Positions 1 through 13,535 of a DNA stretch of 64,000 bases are shown here, piece after piece. The stretch's first letter is position 1. Every line of letters begins with the position of its first letter. Both the position numbers and the translations under genes were made by a program. Source of the stretch: Eledone cirrhosa (lineage: Eukaryota); NCBI GenBank assembly GCA_964016885.1, contig OZ024742.1, forward strand, positions 204,538,001 to 204,602,000. Direction: 5' to 3'. The notes below the pieces were generated by a model that worked only from the letters and a program-made list of their open reading frames with translations, was not told the origin of the DNA and did no database searches.

Positions 1-3000
1 TGTAATGACTGTTATGTTTGGTGTACTGTCACTGGTGTAATGACTGTTATGTATTGGTGTACTGTCACTGACTGGTGTAATGACTGTGATGTATTGGTGT
101 ACTCTCACTGACTGATGTAATGACTGTTATGTATTGGTGTACTGTCTCTGACTGGTGTAATGACTGTTATGTATTGGTGTACTGTCACTGGTGTAATGAC
201 TTTTATATATTGGTGTACTCTCACTGACTGGTGTAATGACTGTTATGTATTGGTGTACTGTCACTGACTGGTGTAATGACTGTTATGTATTGGTGCACTG
301 TCACTGACTGGTGTAATGACTGTTATGTATTGGTGTACTGTCTCTGGTGTAATGACTGTTATGTATTGGTGTACTGTCACTGGTGTAATGACTGTTATGT
401 ATTGGTGTACTGTCACTGGTTTAATGACTGTTATGTATTGGTGTACTGTCACTGGTGTAATGACTGTTATGTATTGGTATACTGACACTGACTGGTGTAA
501 TGACTGTTATGTACTGGTGTACTGTCACTGGTGTAATAACTGTTATGTTTTGGTGTACTGTCTCTGGTGTAATGACTGTTATATATTGGTGTACTGTCAC
601 TGACTGGTGTAATGACTGTTATATATTGGTGTACTGTCACTGACTGGTGTAATGACAGTTATGTATTGGTGTATTGTCACTGGTGTACTGACTGTTATGT
701 ATTGGTGTACTGTCACTGGTGTAATGACTGTTATGTATTGGTGTACTGTCACTGGTGTAATGACTGTTATGTATTGGTGTACTGTCACTGGTGTAATGAC
801 TGTTATGTATTGGTGTACTGTCACTGGTGTAATGACTGTTATGTATTGGTGTACTGTCACTGACTGTTGTAATGACTGTTATGTATTGGTGTACTGTCTC
901 TGTTGTAATGACTGTTATGTATTGGTGTACTGTCTCTGGTGTAATGACTGTGATGTATTGGTGTATTGTCACTGACTGGTGTAATGACTGTTATATATTG
1001 GTGTACCGTCACTGGTGTAATGACTGTTATGTATTGGTGTACTGTCACTGGTGTAATGACTGTTATATATTGGTGTACTGTCACTGGTGTAATGACTGTT
1101 ATGTATTGGTGTACTGTCACTGGTGTAATGACTGTTATGTATTGGTGTACTGTCACTGGTGTAATGACTGTTATGTATTGGTGTACTGTCACTGACTGGT
1201 GTAATGACTGTTATGTATTGGTGTACTGTCACTGGTGTAATCACTGTTATGTATTGGTGTACTGTCTCTGGTGTAATGACTGTTATGTATTGGTGTATTG
1301 TCTCTGGTGTAATGACTGTTATGTATTGGTGTACTGTCACTGACTGGTGTAATGACTGTTATGTATTGGTGTACTGTCACTGGTGTAATGACTGTTATGT
1401 ATTGGTGTACTGTCACTGACTGGTGTAATGACTGTTATGTATTGGTGTACTGTCACTGGTGTAATGACTGTTATGTTTGGTGTACTGTCACTGGTGTAAT
1501 GACTGTTATGTATTGGTGTACTGTCACTGACTGGTGTAATGACTGTGATGTATTGGTGTACTGTCTCTGACTGGTGTAATGACTGTTATGTATTGGTGTA
1601 CTGTCACTGGTGTAATGACTTTTATATATTGGTGTACTCTCACTGACTGGTGTAATGACTGTTATGTATTGGTGTACTGTCACTGACTGGTGTAATGACT
1701 GTTATGTATTGGTGCACTGTCACTGACTGGTGTAATGACTGTTATGTATTGGTGTACTGTCTCTGGTGTAATGACTGTTATGTATTGGTGTACTGTCACT
1801 GGTGTAATGACTGTTATGTATTGGTGTACTGTCACTGGTTTAATGACTGTTATGTATTGGTGTACTGTCACTGGTGTAATGACTGTTATGTATTGGTGTA
1901 CTGACACTGACTGGTGTAATGACTGTTATGTACTGGTGTACTGTCACTGGTGTAATAACTGTTATGTTTTGGTGTACTGTCTCTGGTGTAATGACTGTTA
2001 TATATTGGTGTACTGTCACTGACTGGTGTAATGACTGTTATATATTGGTGTACTGTCACTGACTGGTGTAATGACAGTTATGTATTGGTGTACTGTCACT
2101 GGTGTAATGACTGTTATGTATTGGTGTACTGTCACTGGTGTAATGACTGTTATGTATTGGTGTACTTTCACTGGTGTAATGACTGTTATGTATTGGTGTA
2201 CTGTCACTGGTGTAATGACTGTTATGTATTGGTGTACTGTCACTGACTGTTGTAATGACTGTTATGTATTGGTGTACTGTCTCTGTTGTAATGACTGTTA
2301 TGTATTGGTGTACTGTCTCTGGTGTAATGACTGTGATGTATTGGTGTACTGTCACTGACTGGTGTAATGACTGTTATATATTGGTGTACCGTCACTGGTG
2401 TAATGACTGTTATGTATTGGTGTACTGTCACTGGTGTAATGACTGTTATATATTGGTGTACTGTCACTGGTGTAATGACTGTTATGTATTGGTGTACTGT
2501 CACTGACTGATGTAATGACTGTTATGTATTGGTGTACTGTCTCTGGTGTAATGACTGTTATATATTGGTGTACTGTCTCTGGTGTAATGACTGTTATGTA
2601 TTGGTGTACTGTCACTGGTGTAATGACAGTTATGCATTGTTGTACTGTCACTGACTGGTGCAATGACTGTTATGTATTGGTGTACTCTCAATGGTGTAAT
2701 GACTGTTATGTATTGGTGTACTGTCACTGGTGTAATGACTGTTATGTATTGGTGTACTGTCACTGGTGTAATGACTGTTATGTATTGGTGTACTGTCACT
2801 GGTGTAATGACTGTTATGTATTGGTGTACTGTCACTGGTGTAATGACTGTTATGTATTGGTGTACTGTCACTGACTGGTGTAATGACTGTTATGTATTGG
2901 TGTACTGTCACTGGTGTAATCACTGTTATGTATTGGTGTACTGTCTCTGGTGTAATGACTGTTATGTATTGGTGTATTGTCTCTGGTGTAATGACTGTTA

Positions 3001-6000
3001 TGTATTGGTGTACTGTCACTGACTGGTGTAATGACTGTTATGTATTGGTGTACTGTCACTGGTGTAATGACTGTTATGTATTGGTGTACTGTCACTGACT
3101 GGTGTAATGACTGTTATGTATTGGTGTACTGTCACTGGTGTAATGACTGTTATGTTTGGTGTACTGTCACTGGTGTAATGACTGTTATGTATTGGTGTAC
3201 TGGCACTGACTGGTGTAATGACTGTTATGTATTGGTGTATTGTCTCTGGTATAATGACTGTTATGTATTGGTGTACTGTCACTGACTGGTGTAATGACTG
3301 TTATGTATTGGTGTACTGTCTCTGGGGTAATGACTGTTATGTATTGGTGTACTGTCACTGACTGGTGTAATGACTGTTATGTATTGGTGTACTGTCACTG
3401 GTGTAATGACTGTTATATATTAGTGTACTGTCACTGGTGTAATGACTGTTATGTATTGGTGTACTGTCACTGGTGTAATGACTGTTATGTATTGGTGTAC
3501 TGTCACTGGTGTAATGACTGTTATGTATTGGTGTACTGTCACTGGTGTAATGACTGTGATGTATTGGTGTACTCTCACTGACTGATGTAATGACTGTTAT
3601 GTATTGGTGTACTGTCTCTGACTGGTGTAATGACTGTTATGTATTGGTGTACTGTCTCTGACTGGTGTAATGACTGTTATGTATTGGTGTACTGTCACTG
3701 GTGTAATGACTGTTATGTATTGGTGTACTGTCACTGGTGTAATGACTGTTATGTATTGGTTTACTGTCTCTGACTGGTGTAATGACTGTTATGTATTGGT
3801 GTACTGTCACTGATGTAATGACTGTTATGTATTGGTGTACTGTCACTGGTGTAATGACTGTTATATATTGGTGTACTGTCACAGACTGGTGTAATGACTG
3901 TTATGTATTGGTGTACTGTCTCTGCTGTAATGACTGTTATGTATTGGTGTACTGTCACTGGTGTAATGACTGTTATGCATTGGTGTACTGTCACTGACTG
4001 GTGCAATGACTGTTATGTATTGGTGTACTGTCACTGGTGTAATGACTGTTATGTTTTGGTGTACTGTCACTGGTGTAATGACTGTTATGTATTGGTGTAC
4101 TGTCACTGGTGTAATGACTGTTATGTATTGGTGTACTGTCACTGGTGTAATGACTGTTATGTATTGGTGTACTGTCACTGACTGGTGTAATGACTGTTAT
4201 GTATTGGTGTACTGTCACTGGTGTAATCACTGTTATGTATCGGTGTACTGTCTCTGGTGTAATGACTGTTATGTATTGGTGTATTGTCTCTGGTGTAATG
4301 ACTGTTATGTATTGGTGTACTGTCACTGACTGGTGTAATGACTGTTATGTATTGGTGTACTGTCACTGGTGTAATGACTGTTATGTATTGGTGTTCTGTC
4401 ACTGGTGTAATGACTGTTATGTATTGGTGTACTGTCACTGACTGGTGTAATGACTGTTATGTATTGGTGCACTGTCACTGACTGGTGTAATGACTGTTAT
4501 GTATTGGTTTACTGTCTCTGGTGTAATGACTGTTATGTATTGGTGTACTGTCACTGGTGTAATGACTGTTATGTATTGGTGTACTGTCACTGGTTTAATG
4601 ACTGTTATGTATTGGTGTACTGTCACTGGTGTAATGACTGTTATGTATTGGTGTACTGACACTGACTGGTGTAGTGACTGTTATGTATTGGTGTACTGTC
4701 ACTGGTGTAATAACTGTTATGTTTTGGTGTACTGTCTCTGGTGTAATGACTGTTATATATTGGTGTACTGTCACTGTCTGGTGTAATGACAGTTATGTAT
4801 TGGTGTATTGTCACTGGTGTAATGACTGTTATGTATTGGTGTACTGTCACTGGTGTAATGACTGTTATGTATTGGTGTACTTTCACTGGTGTAATGACTG
4901 TTATGTATTGGTGTACTGTCACTGGTGTAATGACTGTTATGTATTGGTGTACTGTCACTGACTGTTATAATGACTGTTATGTATTGGTGTACTGTCTCTG
5001 GTGTAATGACTGTTATGTATTGGTGTACTGTCTCTGGTGTAATGACTGTGATGTATTGGTGTACTGTCACTGACTGGTGTAATGACTGTTATATATTGGT
5101 GTACCGTCACTGGTGTAATGACTGTTATGTATTGGTGTACTGTCTCTGGTGTAATGACTGTTATGTATTGGTGTACTGTCACTGACTGGTGTAATGACTG
5201 TTATGTATTGGTGTACTGTCACTGACTGGTGTAATGACTGTTATGTATTGGTGTACTGTCACTGACTGGTGTAATGACTGTTATGTATTGGTGTACTGTC
5301 ACTGACTGGTGTAATGACTGTTATATATTGGTGTACTGTCTCTGGTGTAATGACTGTTATGTATTGGTGTACTGTCACTGGTGTAATGACTGTTATATAT
5401 TGGTGTACTGTCACTGGTGTAATGACTGTTATGTATTGGTGTACTGTCACTGACTGATGTAATGACTGTTATGTATTGGTGTACTGTCTCTGGTGTAATG
5501 ACTGTTATATATTGGTGTACTGTCTCTGGTGTAATGACTGTTATGTTTTGGTGTACTGTCACTGACTGGTGTAATGACTGTTATGTATTGGTGTACTGTC
5601 ACTGGTGTAATGACTGTTATGTATTGGTGTACTGTCACTGGTGTAATGACTGTTATGCATTGTTGTACTGTCACTGACTGGTGCAATGACTGTTATGTAT
5701 TGGTGTACTGTCACTGGTGTAATGACCGTTATGTATTGGTGTACTGTCACTGGTGTAATGACTGTTATGTATTGATGTACTGTCACTGGTGTAATGACTG
5801 TTATGTATTGGTGTACTGTCACTGGTGTAATGACTGTTATGTATTGGTGTACTGTCACTGACTGGTGTAATGACTGTTATGTATTGGTGTACTGTCACTG
5901 GTGTAATGACTGTTATGTTTGGTGTACTGTCACTGGTGTAATGACTGTTATGTATTGGTGTACTGTCACTGACTTGTGTAATGACTGTTATGTATTGGTG

Positions 6001-8987
6001 TATTGTCTCTGGTATAATGACTGTTATGTATTGGTGTACTGTCACTGACTGGTGTAATGACTGTTATGTATTGGTGTACTGTCTCTGGTGTAATGACTGT
6101 TATGTATTGGTGTACTGTCACTGACTGGTGTAATGACTGTTATGTATTGGTGTACTGTCACTGGTGTAATGACTGTTATGTTTGGTGTACTGTCACTGGT
6201 GTAATGACTGTTATGTATTGGTGTACTGTCACTGACTGGTGTAATGACTGTTATGTATTGGTGTATTGTCTCTGGTATAATGACGGTTATGTATTGGTGT
6301 ACTGTCACTGACTGGTGTAATGACTGTTATGTATTGGTGTACTGTCACTGGTGTAATGACTGTTATGTATTGGTGTACTGTCACTGACTGGTGTAATGAC
6401 TGTTATGTATTGGTGTACTGTCACTGGTGTAATGACTGTTATGTTTGGTGTACTGTCACTGGTGTAATGACTGTTATGTATTGGTGTACTGTCACTGACT
6501 GGTGTAATGACTGTTATGTATTGGTGTATTGTCTCTGGTATAATGACTGTTATGTATTGGTGTACTGTCACTGACTGGTGTAATGACTGTTATGTATTGG
6601 TGTACTGTCTCTGGTGTAATGACTGTTATGTATTGGTGTACTGTCACTGACTGGTGTAATGACTGTTATGTATTGGTGTACTGTCACTGGTGTAATGACT
6701 GTTATATATTAGTGTACTGTCACTGGTGTAATGACTGTTATGTATTGGTGTACTGTCACTGGTGTAATGACTGTTATGTATTGGTGTACTGTCACTGGTG
6801 TAATGACTGTTATGTATTGGTGTACTGTCTCTGACTGGTGTAATGACTGTTATGTATTGGTGTACTGTCACTGGTGTAATCACTGTTATGTATTGGTGTA
6901 CTGTCTCTGGTGTAATGACTGTTATGTATTGGTGTATTGTCTCTGGTGTAATGACTGTTATGTATTGGTGTACTGTCACTGACTGGTGTAATGACTGTTA
7001 TGTATTGGTGTACTGTCACTGGTGTAATGACTGTTATGTATTGGTGTACTGTCACTGACTGGTGTAATGACTGTTATGTATTGGTGTACTGTCACTGGTG
7101 TAATGACTGTTATGTTTGGTGTACTGTCACTGGTGTAATGACTGTTATGTATTGGTGTACTGTCACTGACTGGTGTAATGACTGTTATGTATTGGTGTAT
7201 TGTCTCTGGTATAATGACTGTTATGTATTGGTGTACTGTCACTGACTGGTGTAATGACTGTTATGTATTGGTGTACTGTCTCTGGTGTAATGACTGTTAT
7301 GTATTGGTGTACTGTCACTGACTGGTGTAATGACTGTTATGTATTGGTGTACTGTCACTGGTGTAATGACTGTTATATATTAGTGTACTGTCACTGGTGT
7401 AATGACTGTTATGTATTGGTGTACTGTCACTGGTGTAATGACTGTTATGTATTGGTGTACTGTCACTGGTGTAATGACTGTTATGTATTGGTGTACTGTC
7501 TCTGACTGGTGTAATGACTGTTATGTATTGGTGTACTGTCACTGGTGTAATGACTGTTATGTATTGGTGTACTGTCACTGGTGTAATGACTGTTATATAT
7601 TGGTGTACTGTCACAGACTGGTGTAATGACTGTTATGTATTGGTGTACTGTCTCTGCTGTAATGACTGTTATGTATTGGTGTACTGTCACTGGTGTAATG
7701 ACTGTTATGTATTGGTGTACTGTCTCTGACTGGTGTAATGACTGTTATGTATTGGTGTACTGTCACTGACTGGTGTAATGACTGTTATGTATTGGTGTAC
7801 TGTCACTGGTGTAATGACTGTTATGTATTGGTGTACTGTCACTGGTGTAATGACTGTTATATATTGGTGTACTGTCACAGACTGGTGTAATGACTGTTAT
7901 GTATTGGTGTACTGTCTCTGCTGTAATGACTGTTATGTATTGGTGTACTGTCACTGGTGTAATGAATGTTATGTATAGGTGTACTGTCTCTGGTGTAATG
8001 ACTGTTATGTATTGGTGTACTGTCTCTGGTGTAATGACTGTTATGTATTGGTGTACTGTCTCTGGTGTAATGACTGTTATGTATTGGTGTACTGTCACTG
8101 ACTGGTGTAATGACTGTTATGTATTGGTGTACTGTCACTGGTGTAATGACTGTTATGTATTGGTGTACTGTCAGTGGTGTAATGACTGTTATGTATTGGT
8201 GTACTGTCTCTGACTGGTGTAATGACTGTTATGTATTGGTGTACTGTCACTGGTGTAATGACTGTTATGTATTGGTGTACTGTCACTGGTGTAATGACTG
8301 TTATGTATAGGTGTACTGTCACTGGTGTGATGACTCTTATGTATTGGTGTACTGTCACTGACTGGTGTAATGACTGTTATGTATTGCTGTACTGTCACTG
8401 ACTGGTGTAATGACTGTTATGTATTGGTGTACTGTCTCTGACTGATGTAATGACTGTTATGTATTGGTGTACTGTCACTGGTGTAATGACTGTTATGTAT
8501 TGGTGTACTCTCACTGGTGTAATGACTGTTATGTATTGGTGTACTGTCACTGGTGTAATGACTGTTATGTATAGGTGTACTGTCACTGGTGTAATGACTG
8601 TTATGTATTGGTGTATTGTCTCTGGTGTAATGACTGTTATGTATTGGTGTACTGTAACTGGTGTAATGACTGTTATATATTGGTGTACTGTCACTGGTGT
8701 AATGACTGTTATATATTGGTGTACTGTCACTGGTGTAATGACTGTTATGTATTGGTATACTGTCACTGACTGATGTAATGACTGTTATATATTGGTGTAC
8801 TGTCACTGGTCTAATGACTGTTATGTATTGGTGTACTGTCACTGGTGTAATGACTGTTATACATTGGTGTACTGTCACTGGTGTAATGACTGTTATATAT
8901 TGGTGTACTGTCACTGGTGTAATGACTGTTATGTATTGGTGTACTGTCACTGGTGTAATGACTGTTATGTATTGGTGTACTGTCACT
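1..8987. repeat. 36-bp tandem satellite (GGTGTAATGACTGTTATGTATTGGTGTACTGTCACT) with 40-bp (+CTGA) and 35-bp variants; runs off the window's left edge
   Basis: Continuous head-to-tail units for ~9 kb. All ORFs in 261-8989 are translations of the unit. Confidence 0.98.
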
Positions 8988-9069
8988 GAATATCGGCTAA
9001 TTCACAGAAACACAAGAAGATATAAATATAGAAACAGAATAGAAACGATTGATTGAATATTGCAGTCGG

Positions 9070-9375
9070 CACACACACACACACATACACACACACACAC
9101 CCTCACACACACACTCACACACACATACACACTTGCACACAAAAACGTTCTCATAAACACACAAATAAACACATCCACTCACGCAAACACACAAACACAC
9201 ACACATACAGACACAAAAACAAACATACACACAAAAACACTCACACACACTCACACTGACACACACACACACACACACGCACGCACACACACACACACAC
9301 AGACACAAAAACAAACATACACACAAAACACTCACACACACACATACAGATACTCACACACAAACATACACAATG
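9070..9375. repeat. degenerate (CA)n microsatellite
   Basis: Direct reading of the sequence. Confidence 0.95.
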
Positions 9376-9571
9376 AACACAGAAACAGCACAGAAACGTC
9401 TATATTTCTGATGAGGAGATATTTTTTGGGGTAAAACCTGCAGCTGGAAGGATATGCTGGTGATAGCATTAATGTTGCTGGTTAGTGGTGTAAGAGAGAG
9501 AAAGAGATCTGAGAGGGGGCAGAAGATATATAAACATGGGTGGAGGAGGAGGAGGCACAAAAAGGATGAAA

Positions 9572-9750
9572 AGAAGAAAAAGAAAAAGAAGAAAAGAAAA
9601 GAAAAGAAAAGAAAAGAAAAGAAAAGAAAAGAAAAGAAAAGAAAAGAAAAGAAAAGAAAAGAAAAGAAAAGAAAAGAAAAGAAAAGAAAAGAAAAGAAAA
9701 GAAAAAGAAAAAGAAAAAGAAAAAGAAAAAGAAAAAGAAAAAGAAAAAAG
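9572..9750. repeat. (GAAAA)n/(GAAAAA)n microsatellite
   Basis: Direct reading; it explains the K/R- and F-rich ORFs at 9354-10080. Confidence 0.97.
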
Positions 9751-9939
9751 AAAAATGAGAAAAAAGAGAAAGAAAAAGGTGGAGGGGAGATACAAAGAGG
9801 GCAAACCAACTTGTTAGGAGGAAGTCTAAAAATTGCAATGCTGTATTTTGTGAGTTCATGTGTTTGTAAATATGCATCCTCCAATTCGAACCAACATACC
9901 CTCCGCCTCATGGTCCCGTCCATTATTTTACGAAATATC

Positions 9940-10122
9940 GGTGGATTTTCAATATCGGTAGAGGGTCGCACGCCATGCTTTCAGCATAGAGTTACGGCCC
10001 TTTATGTACTGAGTTCAAATCTCGCCGAGGTTAACTTTGCCTTTCATCCTTACGGGGTCGATAAAATAAAGTGTCAGTAATTCACTGGGGTAATTGCTGG
10101 CCTTGTGCCAAAATTAGAAACA
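9940..10122 (+). mobile_element. tRNA-derived SINE, family A
   Basis: B-box GAGTTCAAATC, core GCCTTTCATCCTTACGGGGTCGATAAAATAAAG and tail GGCCTTGTGCCAAAATTAGAAAC; more than 12 copies in the window. Confidence 0.88.
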
Positions 10123-10774
10123 ATATTTTACAAAATATCGTTAGTTATTAATTATAGAGATTAAGTTATGTAATTTAACTCCTATATTGTAGGGGTTTCA
10201 CAACTCAGAAACCATTTTCTACTTTAAATTTTCTCTCTTATTCCGCAAATACTCCTCATATGGAAAGGGATGACCATCACAACTGTTTACTCAACTATTA
10301 GAAACAACAGACCTGATCATTTGTGATCTGTTATGTATTTTAGATGCAGCATGGCTGAATATATTTTATAGAACACATGTTACTGGGAGGAATTAATTGT
10401 TTCTATTCTGTGGCTCCTATCTATAGCTAGATGGGCTATTTGTAACTGAATATTTCCTGTATATACTTGAATATAAGTCGATACGGATAAAAACCGACCT
10501 CACAATTTTATGTTTGAGAAATGGACAAAAATCTAAACCTTATTTGCGTAGAATTTGAATTTGGTGAAAATCGTCAAAATATTGATCCCGAATATAATCT
10601 AACAACCCTCTTCTACCATCGATTTTTTGTTACATTTTCCTCGGCTTATATTTGAGTATATAAGATAAAATACATTTAGTCTGGCACTCTACTGGACTTG
10701 CCTCTCCTCCCCAACACTTGTTGATTATATATATATTTACCCACTGTCTTTACTCTAGTTAGTTACCCAAAACT

Positions 10775-11415
10775 GTTTTATCTTTAGCTAGATATATCAA
10801 AACAAGACCCAAAATTGTCTTACCGCCAGCTAACTACCATAAAACCTGACCTTAATTTGTTTTAACTCTAACTTGTTACCTTAAACCTAGACCACAATCT
10901 GTCTTATCCCCAGCTAGCTGCCTTAAACTAGACCCCAAACTGCCTTATCCCCTACTAGTTACCTTAAAACTAGACCAAAAATATCTTAACTCCAGCTTGT
11001 CACCTTAAATCTAGACAGTAGTCTGTCTAATCTCTAACTATGTACTTGGAACTTAGACCCCCAGTCTATCTTAACTCCAACTAATTACCTTAAAACTATA
11101 ACCCTAAACTGTCGTATCTCCAATCAGTTACCTTAAAACTATAACCCTAAACTATCTTATCTCCAACTAGTTACCTTAAAACTATACCTCCAAACTGTAG
11201 TGTCTCGAAGAAGTTACCTTAAAACTAGGCCGAAAACTGTCTTATCGCCAGCTAGCTACCTTAAAACTAAACCTAAACTGTCTTATTTTTAACTAGTTAG
11301 TTTTAAACCTAGACCCAAATTGCCTTAACTCAAGCTTGTTCCCTTAAAACTAGATTCTAAATTGTCTTATCGCTAGGTACCTTAAATCTAGATCCTAAAC
11401 TGTCTTCACTCCAAC
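10775..11415. repeat. degenerate ~41-bp minisatellite (AGTTACCTTAAAACTAGACCCYAAACTGTCTTATCTCCAACT)
   Basis: ACCTTAAA(A)CTAG recurs every ~40-42 bp, about 15 units. Confidence 0.88.
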
Positions 11416-11624
11416 TTTATACTTTTGCCCAACATCTTTTTTAAATTCCAACAGATTTGGTACATACAACTGAGCTAAAATGGTGTTAAGTGTTAGTGGC
11501 AGTAGAAATAGTAGAGGTGGCGGTAGTTGTGGTGATAAATTGATGTATTGGAGATGTTAATGCGAATGGTAGTGGTGATAGTGACCTGATGTACAATTGT
11601 GGTGGCAATGATGATGGTGTAAAT

Positions 11625-11720
11625 TAAACAGACTTGAACAGCGTGAAATAAAGTATCTTGCCCACGGAGACAATACACCACCGGAAATCGAAATCACGGC
11701 CTTACGATCGTGAGCTGAGC
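11625..11720 (-). mobile_element. tRNA-derived SINE family B fragment
   Basis: Reverse complement matches the CCTTGAGCAAGACACTTTATTTCACG core of the copy at 37200. Confidence 0.6.
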
Positions 11721-11982
11721 CTTATATGTTGTGTATTATACCAGTGGTTAGCTTAATCAATATTCTCAATGATAACCGTAATTATTCGGTATCTATGTCA
11801 ATCGAAGATCGGCCTGATTATGTCTATAAGCCAAACATAAAGATTGTCTTGGAATAATTCCAATTGGCTGGCTGCTGTGCAGTTGTTGTTTTGATGGTAA
11901 TTCTTGTTATTCTTTATTCTCACAACAGTTTTCCTCCTTTTCCACATATGTTCCTGTTTTTCTCTCTATATATATATATATA

Positions 11983-12560
11983 ACTTAAGAAAATTAACAA
12001 AGAGAAGACAAGACAACGAACGAAAACAAGACAAAACAAAAAACAATTTTTTGATAGGGAAACCTTAAAAAATTACTTTTTGAAAATAAAAATACGAACG
12101 AAAGACACAGAACTCCAGGATCTTCAGCCGTTGAGATGGACTTTGGCAGTTTCGACCCCTACCAACAGTACTGCTGTATGTATGTAACAAAAGTGAACTA
12201 TGAAATACTCCACAAGAGAACGATACAATAAAATGGTGATGTATTAGTTTCACGCCTGATATAGTTGAATAAGAGCCTTGGCGTTCCGAACGCTAGTCTT
12301 TAATCGGAAGATGGTAAGAGAGGGTCTTTGGGCAAAAGAAAGACTGACGAGAGTAAAAAAAAATGGAGGAAAGTGTAGTTAGGGGATATAAAACGCGTTG
12401 TTGTTAGTCAGCCATCTTGGAAAGTATACATAGAGAGAGGGGGAGTGAAAGGTAGAGAGAGGGGGAGAGATAGAAAGAGACGAGTAGGAGAAGTAAAGGG
12501 AGAAATGTGTAGAATAATTAAAGAGAGCGGAGAGGAGGAGTAAAGACAACTGTTGTTAGT
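11983..12560 (-). mobile_element. decayed hammerhead-bearing PLE-type 3' stub ending on (TA)n
   Basis: Minus strand of 12276-12311 reads TCTT-CCGATTA-AAGACTAGCGTTC-GGAA-CG-CC-AAGG, homologous to the motif at 36303. The 3' end abuts (TA)n at ~11968-11982. Confidence 0.45.
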
Positions 12561-12900
12561 GTATAGTTCAACTTTCGGTTACAGCATCAAAATGGACGCC
12601 ACTTCAATGGTTTGACTACTTCAATATAACAAATAGAATAGAATAGAATAAATAGGACAGACAGACAGAAACATAGATAGATAGAAACCTAGATAGATAT
12701 ATAGAAATGTAGATAGACAGAAAGATAGATAGATATGGTATATAGATATATTTCTTTATTTTCCACAAGGGCGCACAAGAAAAGGGGACAATACAAAGAC
12801 ACATGCCGGGGATTTTACATACAGTCGTGTAAAAAAATAATAAAACAATGGTATATAGATAGATAGACAGACAGCCAGATAGAAAGATAGATATATATGT

Positions 12901-12931
<31 letters not shown>

Positions 12932-13229
12932 CAAGGAGCTCTCTTCAGTTGCTGCTGCTATGGTGATATTTACCGTTAACTCTTCAAATGCCAAACTAGT
13001 TAGCTTTATACATTTTGTTTGGTTCGATAAAATAATTTACCCTGGTATACTGGAGTTTCTTGTTAGTATGAAAGAAGAAAAGTCAATTGCGTACAAGTGA
13101 CACTTTTTAAAAAGACTCTTCATAGTCGTTTTATTTTATTTTTTCGTTTTTGTTTTTTCCTCAACTGTTTGTATATTTTAAGTCTATATGATAGTCCATC
13201 TGTTTCCACGATGATCATTCAATTGTTTG

Positions 13230-13535
13230 ATCAACTGAATATCCAACTCGTGAGTTAATGGATAAGTGGTTGACTGTTCTACAGACACGTGTATCCTTAA
13301 CGTAATTCCCAAGCAGAATCAACGAGACGCGATATGTGACAAAACTGGATCTGCGGAATTACAGGAACAATCCATCTGACGGGCATCCACGCAGTTTCCA
13401 TCTACCCAATTTCACTCAAAAATTTTGAGTCGACCTTAAGGCTACGGTAAAAACAACTACCCAAGATGTCACACATTGGGATCGAACCCGGGACTTTATG
13501 TTTGCGAAGCAAATTTCTTAACCATTCAGCCATGC
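13230..13535 (-). mobile_element. tRNA-derived SINE family C
   Basis: Minus strand has A-box TGGCTGAATGG and B-box GGTTCGATCCC. Related copies at 39565-39700 and 43155-43290. Confidence 0.75.

Noticed and set aside
1-8987. CRISPR array or repetitive Cys/His-rich protein gene suggested by the 36-bp period and open frames
   Set aside because: There are no unique spacers or cas genes. Frequent +4 and -1 units break every frame, and both strands are equally open.
8997-10080. HT-, CV-, K/R- and F-rich ORFs (also 18739-20101, 26169-27261, 49703-50084, 62751-63530)
   Set aside because: These are translations of microsatellites.
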